64,000 bases of DNA. It comes from Chitinophagales bacterium (GTDB lineage: Bacteria; Bacteroidota; Bacteroidia; Chitinophagales; Chitinophagaceae). The stretch is from NCBI GenBank assembly GCA_038229695.1, contig JBBROE010000003.1:16006-80005 (forward strand). The letters are read 5' to 3'. A program made the position numbers and the translations under genes. Of the stretch, positions 28,349-37,745 are shown piece by piece (the first letter of the stretch is position 1; every line of letters starts with the position of its first letter). The notes beneath the pieces are model-generated. The model was not told where the DNA came from, ran no database searches, and worked only from the letters and a program-made list of their open reading frames with translations.

Positions 28349-30766
28349 TTATTGATTTTTTTTGTCCTTTTTGCCAAAGAGCCGTCCGAAGAACCCGCGT
28401 TTCTTCTTTTCATTGTTTGCCTCCTGCTTATCGGCCGGGGGTTCGTCTTTTTTTGCAGGTTTGGCTGCTTCATTCAGGATTTTTTTCTCATCCGGGGACA
28501 GCCTGGATTCTACAGGTACATGGTTGGTATCGCGGTCGAAGTTGATATAATCATTGGCTGCACCATTGCCCTGGTCGGACCCTTCTGCACCGGGCTGCAG
28601 GCTTTTATCAATGGAGTTGTCATAATCGCGGATAGCTTGGATATTCATATTCTCGGGCTGTTGAAAGCGGGCATCGCGGGTAATGCCGAGGGTTTTATCG
28701 GCATACACTTTTTTAAAGAAATATTCCCAGATGGGCATCGCGGCGCGTCCGCCGAAGCCGAGCCCGCTTTCCAGCCGAATAAACCGGTCGTCGCAACCGA
28801 TCCAGGTACCGGCGAGGAGTTGAGGGGTGTAGCCGAGAAACCAGGCATCAGAGTTGTCGTTGGTCGTACCCGTTTTGCCGCCCATTTCTGCTGCCCCGAG
28901 GCGGTTGCGCAGCCCTGCGGCCGTACCGAAGTCGACCGGCCCCTGCATCATCCTGACCATGGTGTAAGCGGCCTGTTCGCTGATGACCTGTTTCATGGAG
29001 GTCTCAAACCTTTCCAGCACATTGCCATTTTTATCTTCTATGCGAAGCATGGTAAGCGGATGCGTATTGATGCCACGGTTTGGAAACATGGTGTAGCCGG
29101 ACAGCATTTCATACATCGAGAGATCACAGGCCCCGAGTGCCATGGACGGGTAGGGTTCTACCGGCGTGGGAATATTGATTTGTTTCAGGAAGTTGGCGAA
29201 GCGTTGTGGCGTTACCTGTTTCATGATATAGGCCGATGCGCAGTTGAGTGACCAGGTGAGTGCAGTGGCCATGGTGACCACCGGGGGCAGATTGCCGCAG
29301 AGTCCCCTGGCCGGCACCATCCCGAAGCCGGGAAAATTCTGCGCCTGATTCTCCACCGGCGTTTCCGGCGTAAAGCCGGCTTCCTCTATCGCTTCACAAT
29401 ACAGAAATGGTTTGATGGACGATCCGACCTGCCGTTTCGTATCGATATTGACATGGTCGTACTTGTAGGTTTTAAAATCGATTCCGCCCACCCAGGCTTT
29501 TACTTCACCGGTAATGGGATCCATCACCATAAAGGAAGTCTGCAGCATCTGCTGGTTGTATTTGATGGAATCATACGGCGTCATGAGAGTATCCTTTTCT
29601 CGTTGTGCGTTCCATGCAAATACCTTCATCTGTGTTTTTACATGAAAAGATTTTTTGATTTCATCATCGGGGATGCCTTCATCTTTCATGCTTTTCCAGC
29701 GGTCGCTGTTTTTCATGGCCGCCTGCAGAATATTTTCATGCTCCTTCCACACTTTGCCCGTTCTGAGCGAGCTTTGGCTGTTGAGCACTTTTTGCAGGGT
29801 AGGCATATGGGTGGCCACGGCCTCTTCGGCATAGAGTTGCATACGGGGGCTGATGGTTGTATAAATTTTCAGGCCGTCCCGGTAAATGTCGTAGGGCTTA
29901 TTGGTAGCGGGGTTGATATGATTTTTGCACCAGCTCTTTACGTCCCCCCGCAGCTGTTCGCGGAAATAGGGGGCGAGGCCTGCGTTCTCGTCCATTTTTT
30001 TATACCGGAGCGGGATCGGTTTTGCTTTTAGCCGGGCAGCCTCTTCCCCGGACAGGACGTCGTTTTTCACCATCTGGTCGATCACCGTATTTTTCCTGTT
30101 GAAGGCGGCCAGCGGGTGGGTACGGGGGTTGTAGATGCTGTTGCCTTTCAGCATACCAATGAGTACTGCTGCTTCATCAACGGAAAGACGATCGGGTTCT
30201 TTCTGAAAAAATGCGAGTGAAGCGTTGCGAATCCCATAGACATTGTCACCGAAGGGCACAACGTTCAGGTAGAGTGCGAGTATTTCTTCCTTGGTAAAAT
30301 TGCGCTCAAGCTTCACCGCTATAATCAGCTCCTTAAATTTTTCGAGAATGCGGTGGAAGAGGTTTTTAGATCCCTGCCCCAGCATATTTTTAGCCAGCTG
30401 CTGCGTGATGGTGCTGGCACCGCCATCGTTACCGAGGTGCACCACGGCGCGGATTAGTCCTTTGGCGTCAATGCCGGAATGGTCATAAAACCGGACATCT
30501 TCTGTTGAAATGAGGGCATCTACCACGTGTTTGGAAATATCCCCGTACCGCACGTTGCTCCGGTTACCGCGGTCGAGATAATATTTGCCCATCAGGGTGC
30601 CATCGTTGGCATAGATTTCGGTAGCCTGCAACACGGAGGGGTTTTCCAGTTCCTCCAACGACGGCATTTCACCGAAAAGGCCGTAGTTCAGCAGAACAAT
30701 AAACAAGATAAACAGTCCCACGCCCATACCGACGATGGCCCAGAAAACACGCACCGTATTTTTCAT
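28349..30766 (-). CDS. penicillin-binding protein 1A (bifunctional transglycosylase/transpeptidase)
   Basis: Start refined to MKNTVRVFWAIV (TM anchor). GT51 motifs ALISTEDVRFYDHSGID and GASTITQQLAKN; transpeptidase motifs SSIKPF and KTGTTND; Lys/Glu-rich C-terminal tail. Confidence 0.93.
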   Translation of the reverse strand: MKNTVRVFWAIVGMGVGLFILFIVLLNYGLFGEMPSLEELENPSVLQATEIYANDGTLMGKYYLDRGNRSNVRYGDISKHVVDALISTEDVRFYDHSGIDAKGLIRAVVHLGNDGGASTITQQLAKNMLGQGSKNLFHRILEKFKELIIAVKLERNFTKEEILALYLNVVPFGDNVYGIRNASLAFFQKEPDRLSVDEAAVLIGMLKGNSIYNPRTHPLAAFNRKNTVIDQMVKNDVLSGEEAARLKAKPIPLRYKKMDENAGLAPYFREQLRGDVKSWCKNHINPATNKPYDIYRDGLKIYTTISPRMQLYAEEAVATHMPTLQKVLNSQSSLRTGKVWKEHENILQAAMKNSDRWKSMKDEGIPDDEIKKSFHVKTQMKVFAWNAQREKDTLMTPYDSIKYNQQMLQTSFMVMDPITGEVKAWVGGIDFKTYKYDHVNIDTKRQVGSSIKPFLYCEAIEEAGFTPETPVENQAQNFPGFGMVPARGLCGNLPPVVTMATALTWSLNCASAYIMKQVTPQRFANFLKQINIPTPVEPYPSMALGACDLSMYEMLSGYTMFPNRGINTHPLTMLRIEDKNGNVLERFETSMKQVISEQAAYTMVRMMQGPVDFGTAAGLRNRLGAAEMGGKTGTTNDNSDAWFLGYTPQLLAGTWIGCDDRFIRLESGLGFGGRAAMPIWEYFFKKVYADKTLGITRDARFQQPENMNIQAIRDYDNSIDKSLQPGAEGSDQGNGAANDYINFDRDTNHVPVESRLSPDEKKILNEAAKPAKKDEPPADKQEANNEKKKRGFFGRLFGKKDKKNQ

Positions 30767-30960
30767 ATATAATAATAAAAGATAATGCCGTGAGTGCAAA
30801 AATCCTACCCGAAAATAGCAAATTAGCCCGCAGCAGGAAATAAAGTATTCTTAATTACGTGATTTCGGCCGCCACGCTATTGTGCCACCGGACGGTCCTT
30901 GAACAGGGCAGGATGGAGTAGAAAATATTGTTGGGGTGTGTGGCTGTCAGCAAATAGCAG

Positions 30961-33900
30961 CTACTTGAAAGCATCTTTGTATTGCCGGATAAGAAATTTC
31001 TTATAGGCAGGAATATCCTTAGTGTTTTTCAGCACATCAAGATTGGCTTCCGTGATGATGATGAATGAATATTTGGCCGCTGGCATCCAGGGTATGATTT
31101 CGGTTGGCGCGAGGGGCTTTGTTTTATCGAGGTAACTAATTGCAGCCGCTGCGTTGGTAAATGTACCCATGAGCACAAAACGGGTGGTGTCTGTCAGCGG
31201 CAATGGGGTGATCGTAATCGACTGGTTATAGAATTTTTCCTTGTTGTACCGGTTGAAGGCGTTCCCGGCTTCGCCGACATAAACGGGGTCTACCTTGTTC
31301 ATAACAAGCACGACATAGTGTGGCTGATCGGGTGTTGCCGTAAATCCATTGTCTGCCGGTGATGCAGGCACGGTTTTCCTTAGCACGGAAGTCGTGTCGT
31401 TTACCGGCTTCACAGGATGTATCGCAACGGATTTTTGCGCCGCTGTGGTATCCTTTTGAGGCGAAACGGGAGGGGGCACGGTCTTCCCCTGCTGGCTGAC
31501 AGGAACCGGAGTCCTGGCTACCGCGGCCGGCGCCGCCGGTGACAGTGTAACAACACTGTCGTCTGGTAAACGTTCCACTTTCAAATTGGTCAGGTATTCT
31601 TCTATCTGTTTGCGGCGGCCCAGTACGTCGATCAGGGTTTTTGCTTTGGCGGCCATCGGGCTGGCGGGGAAGAACGTGATGATATTATTCAGCACCAGCC
31701 GGGCAGCCGAGTCATAACGGGAATGAATGTCGTAGACCGCTTCTATATACAACAGCTGCGGCGTCCAGTAATAATTTCCGTACAGGCTGTCGGCAGACTT
31801 TTTCTTTTGTACGGCCTCCGAAAAGTTACCTTCAATAAACAGGTTGTAAATCTGGTTGTATACCGGTCCGCCTTCCTTTTTGCGACCCGAATCTACTGCC
31901 GCTGGATGCGCTGCGATGGCGGCGAGTTTGCTGTTGGGAAACTCCTGCTGCAGGCGGTTTTGTATGACTACCATTTTGGCCGTTTCCCCTGTTTTTTTAT
32001 AACAGTAAAACAGGTTGAACAACGTGTTTTCTTCCCCGGCAGCATGCGGGAAGGTGCTGAGCAACCCTTCATACAACACGATGGCGTCAGGATATGCTTC
32101 CAGGTAATCCTGTAAGGCTTTCGCCATATCATAGCGGGCATGGAGGACCGAATCCTGGGACACCCTCATTTTTTCCGGTGTCAGCGGCAGGTTCTCACTG
32201 AGCGCATCGAGGCTAAGGGGTTTCGAAATGGCCGGCTGACCATTGAGGTTAACGGGGTTATTGGGATCGGAGGGGTTATTGCGGAGCGCTGCACCCTGTG
32301 GTTTGATTGCTGCGGCGCGTTGCCAGTTGTCGGCATTCGGCCGGCTTCCCCAGAGGCTTTTGAACGTGGTATAGCCCTTCGATTTTAATGCCGTATTGGA
32401 GAAATACCAGTCACTGCTGCCGCTGCTGCTGCTGTTAAAAAGATCAGCCGGTGGCGCGGTACTGCTGTTCCCTGCAAAGCCCTGGCTGCTGTTCCCGAAA
32501 CTGACATCGTCTTCTTTCAGTCCCTGTTGCTTCCTTAACTGGCGCAGCAGTTTTTTGATGTAGGCCGTGCGTTCTGCCTCGGGCATAGCGGCTATTTTCT
32601 GCAGGCTGTCCTGCCGGTTGATCACTTCCTGGCGGGAGCCAATAATGGTGAGGGCTGCTTTCCTGCTTTTATACTGGTCTGCATCCTCCGGCAGGATCAT
32701 ACTAATGTCTGTACTGTCATAATCATTCCTCGCCGCGATATAGTTTCTGTCGGCCAATTCGAGGTTGGCGAGCGCGAGGTAAGAGCGGCTTTTCTGCGGC
32801 AGGTTGCCGGCATTGTACCGGATACTTTTTGCGAGAAAATTTTTGGCAGCGGCGGTCTGGTGGCGATCGAGTTCAATCTGGGCGGCCGTATAGAAAATGA
32901 TGTCACGGTAGATTATATATTTATCCCGTTTTCCCATCTTGGCCAATGCATCGACGGCAGCCTGGATGGCTTTGTCGTCGTTCCCTTCTCCCTGCCTGAT
33001 GGAGTTAAGCAGTCCGTATACCTCCATGACCGGGTTGATGGTATGTTTGACTACCCGTTCATAAAATTCTTTTGCGTCATTGTGTTTGCCGGCAGCCTCG
33101 TAACACTGGGCGGTGAGGTATTCACGGCGCGCTGTTTCTTCCCGGTTGGCGTCGGTTCCGGGCGAGCGCAGCAGGTAGATGGCGGTGCTGTCCCAGTTTT
33201 GTTCTTTGTAGAAATACCAGGCCTGTGCCTGGTTAAGTTCGTCGCTCAGCCGGCCTGGAAAGATAGGGTCGCTTTTTAGTATCTGCATCAGGCTCCGCGC
33301 TTCAGGCAGGGCATCCAGTGCGAGGTAGGTATTCACCTGCCACAGCAGGGATTCATTCCGGCTGGGAGCCCGGGAAAGCAGTTTGGCGGCGATATTTCTT
33401 TTCTCGCTCGTGGAAATGGTAAACGCATTGCCGCCCTCGTTGCTGTTACTGCCGATGACCTTATCGTACCCGTCTTTTTCCTTGGGTGAAAAAGCATAGT
33501 TGAGGTATTGGAAGGTGAGGTAGGCTGAGTCAAAATCTTTTTTGTAATAATAGGCCTTACCCATGAGCAGGTAGAGGTTGTCGACCCAGTTGTTTCGCAG
33601 GTCGTGCAGCAGTATGCCGGCGGTGGCTTTGTAGATGACCGAATCCAGGTCGTTTTTAAAGCGGGCAGTTTCATCTACGTTGTAATTATGGAAGGAAAGG
33701 AGTTTCGTGTAGTCATCCCGGTGAGCCGATTTTGCCCGGTCGACCACTTCCTTCATCTTTTCATTGGCATTGAAGTAAAAGTTGTAGTGCGTGGTGGTAT
33801 TCTGCATGAAACGGCGCGGAATGGTAAACTTTTTATCTCCGGTCTTTTCTGATCGCAGCTGCCTGTTTTCGTATTTTTTCGGATGCGGCAAATCAAAGCT

Positions 33901-33987
33901 GAGCCCGCCCGCCTGTGGATGGGCCGGGGGCAGAATAAAGTAGAACAGGAGCACGGTGGTTAGCCGTATCAGGGACTTATCGATCAT
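30961..33987 (-). CDS. large TPR-containing envelope protein, possibly PorW/SprE-like (T9SS)
   Basis: 1008 aa, N-terminal signal sequence, an early NTTTHYNFYFNANEKMKE motif that I associate with SprE/PorW, scattered TPR-like helices and a Pro/Thr/Ala-rich linker. The CDS is solid; the family label is tentative. Confidence 0.5.
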   Translation of the reverse strand: MIDKSLIRLTTVLLFYFILPPAHPQAGGLSFDLPHPKKYENRQLRSEKTGDKKFTIPRRFMQNTTTHYNFYFNANEKMKEVVDRAKSAHRDDYTKLLSFHNYNVDETARFKNDLDSVIYKATAGILLHDLRNNWVDNLYLLMGKAYYYKKDFDSAYLTFQYLNYAFSPKEKDGYDKVIGSNSNEGGNAFTISTSEKRNIAAKLLSRAPSRNESLLWQVNTYLALDALPEARSLMQILKSDPIFPGRLSDELNQAQAWYFYKEQNWDSTAIYLLRSPGTDANREETARREYLTAQCYEAAGKHNDAKEFYERVVKHTINPVMEVYGLLNSIRQGEGNDDKAIQAAVDALAKMGKRDKYIIYRDIIFYTAAQIELDRHQTAAAKNFLAKSIRYNAGNLPQKSRSYLALANLELADRNYIAARNDYDSTDISMILPEDADQYKSRKAALTIIGSRQEVINRQDSLQKIAAMPEAERTAYIKKLLRQLRKQQGLKEDDVSFGNSSQGFAGNSSTAPPADLFNSSSSGSSDWYFSNTALKSKGYTTFKSLWGSRPNADNWQRAAAIKPQGAALRNNPSDPNNPVNLNGQPAISKPLSLDALSENLPLTPEKMRVSQDSVLHARYDMAKALQDYLEAYPDAIVLYEGLLSTFPHAAGEENTLFNLFYCYKKTGETAKMVVIQNRLQQEFPNSKLAAIAAHPAAVDSGRKKEGGPVYNQIYNLFIEGNFSEAVQKKKSADSLYGNYYWTPQLLYIEAVYDIHSRYDSAARLVLNNIITFFPASPMAAKAKTLIDVLGRRKQIEEYLTNLKVERLPDDSVVTLSPAAPAAVARTPVPVSQQGKTVPPPVSPQKDTTAAQKSVAIHPVKPVNDTTSVLRKTVPASPADNGFTATPDQPHYVVLVMNKVDPVYVGEAGNAFNRYNKEKFYNQSITITPLPLTDTTRFVLMGTFTNAAAAISYLDKTKPLAPTEIIPWMPAAKYSFIIITEANLDVLKNTKDIPAYKKFLIRQYKDAFK

Positions 33988-34179
33988 TGCGCCGCAAACT
34001 AACTGCTTATTAACTGGTTTTCAGCAAATTTATTGTGAAAATTTGATGTGCAGCCGCCTGCGGGCCAATGTACGACAACGATTAATTTAACGACCGGAAG
34101 CGTGCCGGTTGCACGGGAGGGGCGCAGCCTAAACCGGCCATTGTCGGTTTTCTGGTTAACTTTACGCAATACCTCCATT

Positions 34180-34578
34180 ATGGCTAAATTTTTCGATGCC
34201 GATGACACCCTCAAACGGCTGCGTAACCGGTACCGGCTGGTGGTGATGAACGACGATACCTACGAGGAAGTGGTCACGTTCAAACTGTCGCGGATGAGCG
34301 TATATATCCTGCTGAGCACCATTTTCGTAGTGCTGACCGGTCTCACCGTAGCCCTCATCGTATTTACCCCGCTGAAGTTATACATACCCGGTTATGGAGA
34401 TGTGAATAATACCCGGGAGCTCCGTGAACTAAAACTGCGTACGGATTCGTTAGAGCATGCGGTACGGTACAAAGATGAGTACCTGCAGAACATCCGGGGG
34501 GTATTACAGGGCAATGTTTCGGTGAAACCCGATACGGCCGCCCTCAACCTGCCGACGCCGGAAAAAATTAACGATTAA
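34180..34578 (+). CDS. single-pass membrane protein resembling the N-terminal (non-catalytic) part of Bacteroidota M23 peptidases
   Basis: Start refined to MAKFFDADDTLKRL; one TM (VYILLSTIFVVLTGLTVALIVF), then a coiled-coil-like segment. No HxxxD/HxH catalytic region before the stop. Confidence 0.55.
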   Translation: MAKFFDADDTLKRLRNRYRLVVMNDDTYEEVVTFKLSRMSVYILLSTIFVVLTGLTVALIVFTPLKLYIPGYGDVNNTRELRELKLRTDSLEHAVRYKDEYLQNIRGVLQGNVSVKPDTAALNLPTPEKIND

Positions 34579-34590
34579 AAATCCAATACC

Positions 34591-35019
34591 ATGTTCAAAG
34601 GAAAATCCAATTCAGAATTTCTCGCAGAAACCAGCGGAAACAATGCGGCCAGCCTGATTAGTGCCGGTACTACTCTTACCGGTGATTTGCAGTCGACCGC
34701 CGACCTGCGTATCGACGGTACGCTGGTCGGGAATATCATCAGTACGGCTAAAGTGATTATTGGCGCCAACGGCGTGGTGCAGGGAGATATCAACGGGCAG
34801 CTGGCTGATATTATGGGCAAGGTTACGGGATCCGTGAAAGTAAAGGAATTGCTCCAGCTGAAGGGCAGCGCCGAGATCAAGGGCAATATTCACGCCGGGC
34901 GGCTGCAGGTGGAACCTACCGCGACTTTCAACGGCGAATGCCACATGAATACTGCATCTCCTGATAAAAAAGCGGTGGAGAAACAGGCCGAAAAACAACA
35001 CATTGCAACCGTCCAGTAA
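34591..35019 (+). CDS. bactofilin-family cytoskeletal protein
   Basis: SLISAGTTLTGDLQSTADLRIDGTLVGNIISTAKVIIGANGVVQGDINGQLADIMGKVTGSVKV.. is a typical beta-helical bactofilin (DUF583) repeat pattern. Confidence 0.88.
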   Translation: MFKGKSNSEFLAETSGNNAASLISAGTTLTGDLQSTADLRIDGTLVGNIISTAKVIIGANGVVQGDINGQLADIMGKVTGSVKVKELLQLKGSAEIKGNIHAGRLQVEPTATFNGECHMNTASPDKKAVEKQAEKQHIATVQ

Positions 35020-35038
35020 CAACAACAATAAAGATTTA

Positions 35039-35221
35039 ATGCGTTACGCCGGCCTGGCCACGCAAATGCTGGCCGGACTGGGCGTAGCTGTTTTTGCCGG
35101 CCTCAAATCCGATAAGTGGCTGAAGCTTTCTTTTCCCTTATTGTCCTGGTTGCTACCTTTGCTGGTACTGGGCGGTATCCTCTACCGGATAATAAAAGAC
35201 ACCAGCCCGGGGAAGAAATGA
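35039..35221 (+). CDS. AtpZ/AtpI-family small membrane protein
   Basis: Start refined to MRYAGLATQMLAGLGVAVFAGLKSDKWL..; two TM helices, ~60 aa, as in AtpZ. Confidence 0.6.
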   Translation: MRYAGLATQMLAGLGVAVFAGLKSDKWLKLSFPLLSWLLPLLVLGGILYRIIKDTSPGKK

Positions 35222-35625
35222 GCGCAGACAAGCAACGGTTTAAGGCCACGTTACCCCTCTATATTTTATTTTTGATCGTCAACGCTGTACTCTGGCTGCT
35301 GCCGGGCAGGCTGGCCGCACTGGGGCTATCGGTTACGGTGGTAATGGCAGGAAATGCCCTGCTTTTCCTGGTCAGCCTGGCCTCTCTTTTTCTTTACCAG
35401 CGTGCTATGCTGCATCCCGCCACGATTGGATTTCTGAAGAATACATACAGCGGATTATTCCTGAAGCTGCTGGTCTGCCTGTTTGCGGTAGTTACTTATA
35501 TCGGTATTGGTAAGCGCCAGGTAAACAAGCCTGCTATTCTAACCTGCGTGGGCTTATACTTTATCTATTCCCTGCTGGAAATGCGCGGCCTGCTGCAGTG
35601 GAACAAATCCCGCAATAATGCCTAA
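35218..35625 (+). CDS. four-TM membrane protein (AtpI-like?)
   Basis: Start refined to MSADKQRFKATLPLYILFL.., whose ATG overlaps the AtpZ-like stop (ATGA). Four hydrophobic segments. Function not established. Confidence 0.55.
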   Translation: MSADKQRFKATLPLYILFLIVNAVLWLLPGRLAALGLSVTVVMAGNALLFLVSLASLFLYQRAMLHPATIGFLKNTYSGLFLKLLVCLFAVVTYIGIGKRQVNKPAILTCVGLYFIYSLLEMRGLLQWNKSRNNA

Positions 35626-36238
35626 GGAAGAGTTTCCGCTTGCTTACCTGCAGCATTATATCCCGGCGCCTGCGGCCGCGCCCGTGCTGGCGCTGTTGGA
35701 ACATTACCGGGTGCAGCTGACGATCACCCGGGAACGTAAAACGGTGCTGGGCGATTACCGGCATGCGCACCGGGGCGAAGGCCATCGGATCAGCGTCAAC
35801 GGTAACCTCAACCGCTATTCATTTTTAATTACGCTGATTCATGAGCTCGCCCACCTGGTCACTTTCCTTCAATTCGGAAACCGGGTAAATGCACATGGCA
35901 AAGAATGGAAGCAGCTGTATAAAATGTTGCTGGTCGATTTCCTCCAGCCTGAAATTTTTCCTCCCGATGTGATTGCTGCGCTGCGGGCTTCCCTGCATAA
36001 CCTGCCTGCGAGCAGTTGTGCGGATGAGCCGCTGATGCGGGTGCTCCGGGCTTACGACCGGAAAAAGGACGGCAGCCTGCTGGTAGAGGAGCTGCCGCCG
36101 GGTGCGCTGTTCTCGCTCCAGGACGGGACCGTTTTTAAGAAAGGAAACCGGCTCCGCAAACGCTTCCAGTGCGTGGAGATAAAGACGGGCAAACTGTACC
36201 TGTTCAGCCCCATTTATGAAGTGATGCCCGCTTCCTGA
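35618..36238 (+). CDS. SprT-like zinc metalloprotease-domain protein
   Basis: HELAH zinc motif in LITLIHELAHLVTF, plus ..HGKEWK.. as in SprT-like domains. 8-nt overlap with the preceding gene. Confidence 0.7.
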   Translation: MPKEEFPLAYLQHYIPAPAAAPVLALLEHYRVQLTITRERKTVLGDYRHAHRGEGHRISVNGNLNRYSFLITLIHELAHLVTFLQFGNRVNAHGKEWKQLYKMLLVDFLQPEIFPPDVIAALRASLHNLPASSCADEPLMRVLRAYDRKKDGSLLVEELPPGALFSLQDGTVFKKGNRLRKRFQCVEIKTGKLYLFSPIYEVMPAS

Positions 36239-36310
36239 TCCCCCAAATTTCCTGCCCGGCAAAAAGGCGGATGACGTACCTTGTGGTACTGCGTCAAAAC
36301 GCGGCTGTTT

Positions 36311-36862
36311 ATGGCCAAGAAAATTTTATTGTTATGCCTTGTTACTCTCCTGGCGGTGGCCGGTTGCTTTTCCCAGACGGAAAAAGGAGACTGGCTGGTG
36401 GGCGGTAATATGACCATCAATACCACGAGCAACAACAGCGCTTTTACACTGCAGCCCAATGCCGGGTATTTTTTCGCTAATAATTTTGCAGCTGGTGCTG
36501 ACCTTGCCCTCAATTTCAGTAAGACCGGAAATGTGAAGACATCAGCAGAATCAGCGGGCCCCTTTGCCCGTTATTATTTCAATCTGCACCAGTCGCCCTT
36601 TAAACCTTTCGTGGTTGCCGAGTATGCGATTGGTAACCTGGTTACTAGACTGCCCGATTCAAAAAGCTCCAATACCTTCAGTAATTTTTTCCTCGGTGCG
36701 GGCGGCGCTTTTTTTATCAATTCCAATGTAGCGCTGGAAGCGGTGGCCGGTTATAACCACAGCAAGGTTCAGGGACAGGATCCGCAAAACGGGTTTGTGT
36801 TTAAGGTTGGGTTCCAGGTACACCTCCTGAGTGCCGAAGTGCAGAAAGCGACGGGCCGGTAG
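36311..36862 (+). CDS. small outer-membrane beta-barrel protein
   Basis: Start refined to MAKKILLLCLVTLLAVAGCFSQ. Alternating hydrophobic strands and aromatic girdle residues, ~8 strands. Confidence 0.65.
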   Translation: MAKKILLLCLVTLLAVAGCFSQTEKGDWLVGGNMTINTTSNNSAFTLQPNAGYFFANNFAAGADLALNFSKTGNVKTSAESAGPFARYYFNLHQSPFKPFVVAEYAIGNLVTRLPDSKSSNTFSNFFLGAGGAFFINSNVALEAVAGYNHSKVQGQDPQNGFVFKVGFQVHLLSAEVQKATGR

Positions 36863-36890
36863 CCTTGTTTGACGGGTGATACCTGACGTT

Positions 36891-37388
36891 TCAATCCAAA
36901 TCCATACTCATCCACACTTCGCAGCCGAAGTGACCGGTATTGCCCATGGGCCCGTCCAGGCCCGTAAATCCAAACTGCTCGTACACACGAACAGCCTGCT
37001 TTAGTTCGGGCATGGTTTCCAGGTAGATTTTATGGTAGTTGCCGGCCCGCGCCCAATCCAGGCAACGGCTGATGAGATTCCTGCCGAGACCCATGCCGCG
37101 GGCTGCGGGGTGCAGGTACATTTTCACCAGTTCGCACACGCCGGGGGGAAGCCCTTCACTGGGGAAGATGCCCGCTCCGCCCAGGAGCCTGCCCTCTTGT
37201 TCCGCAACCAGGTAAACAGAACCGGGCCGTCGGAACAATTCAAATAAAGCATCGGTGGTAGGATCGTAATAAACCGTTCCGGGTTTGTTGGCACCAAATT
37301 CTGCCAGGGCATTGCGGATGATAACGGCCAGGGGTTTGTTGTCAGCTGGCGTAATGGGCCGAATGGTAATGGCGCTGGCGGTAGTCAT
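36891..37388 (-). CDS. GNAT-family N-acetyltransferase
   Basis: 165 aa; acetyl-CoA binding motif ..MYLHPAARGMGLGRNLISRCLDWA.. Confidence 0.85.
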   Translation of the reverse strand: MTTASAITIRPITPADNKPLAVIIRNALAEFGANKPGTVYYDPTTDALFELFRRPGSVYLVAEQEGRLLGGAGIFPSEGLPPGVCELVKMYLHPAARGMGLGRNLISRCLDWARAGNYHKIYLETMPELKQAVRVYEQFGFTGLDGPMGNTGHFGCEVWMSMDLD

Positions 37389-37745
37389 GCGGCAAAATTA
37401 ATACGCGCAGCGTTTCGTTCTAAGCCGGTGACAAAAATTGTTACTCAGGCAAACATGGCGGCGATGGCGTAGAAAATAGTATAGGTAAGTGCAAGAAAAA
37501 AGAAAAACAGTTTGGTTGGATTTTTCATAAAGGATTTTAATTGAAGGTGGTGCGGGTTGAAAACGCAGCCGGCATAAAAATATTTTGTTTTATGCCTAAT
37601 CAATTTGGATGCCAGAGGCTGGCGGCGGGCCGCTGCCGGTATGATTTTCGAATTATTTATGAAGCCGCGCATCAATACCATGGCGGAAGGGCGAACACCG
37701 TTGTGCCCGGAATCGCGTAACAGACCTGGCGCGACTGGAAGATGG

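Noticed and set aside
28208-29251. A 347-aa plus-strand ORF.
   Set aside because: It lies entirely antisense to the well-supported PBP1A gene. It has low-complexity, Gly/Arg/Phe-rich composition and no recognisable motif. It is a typical shadow ORF.
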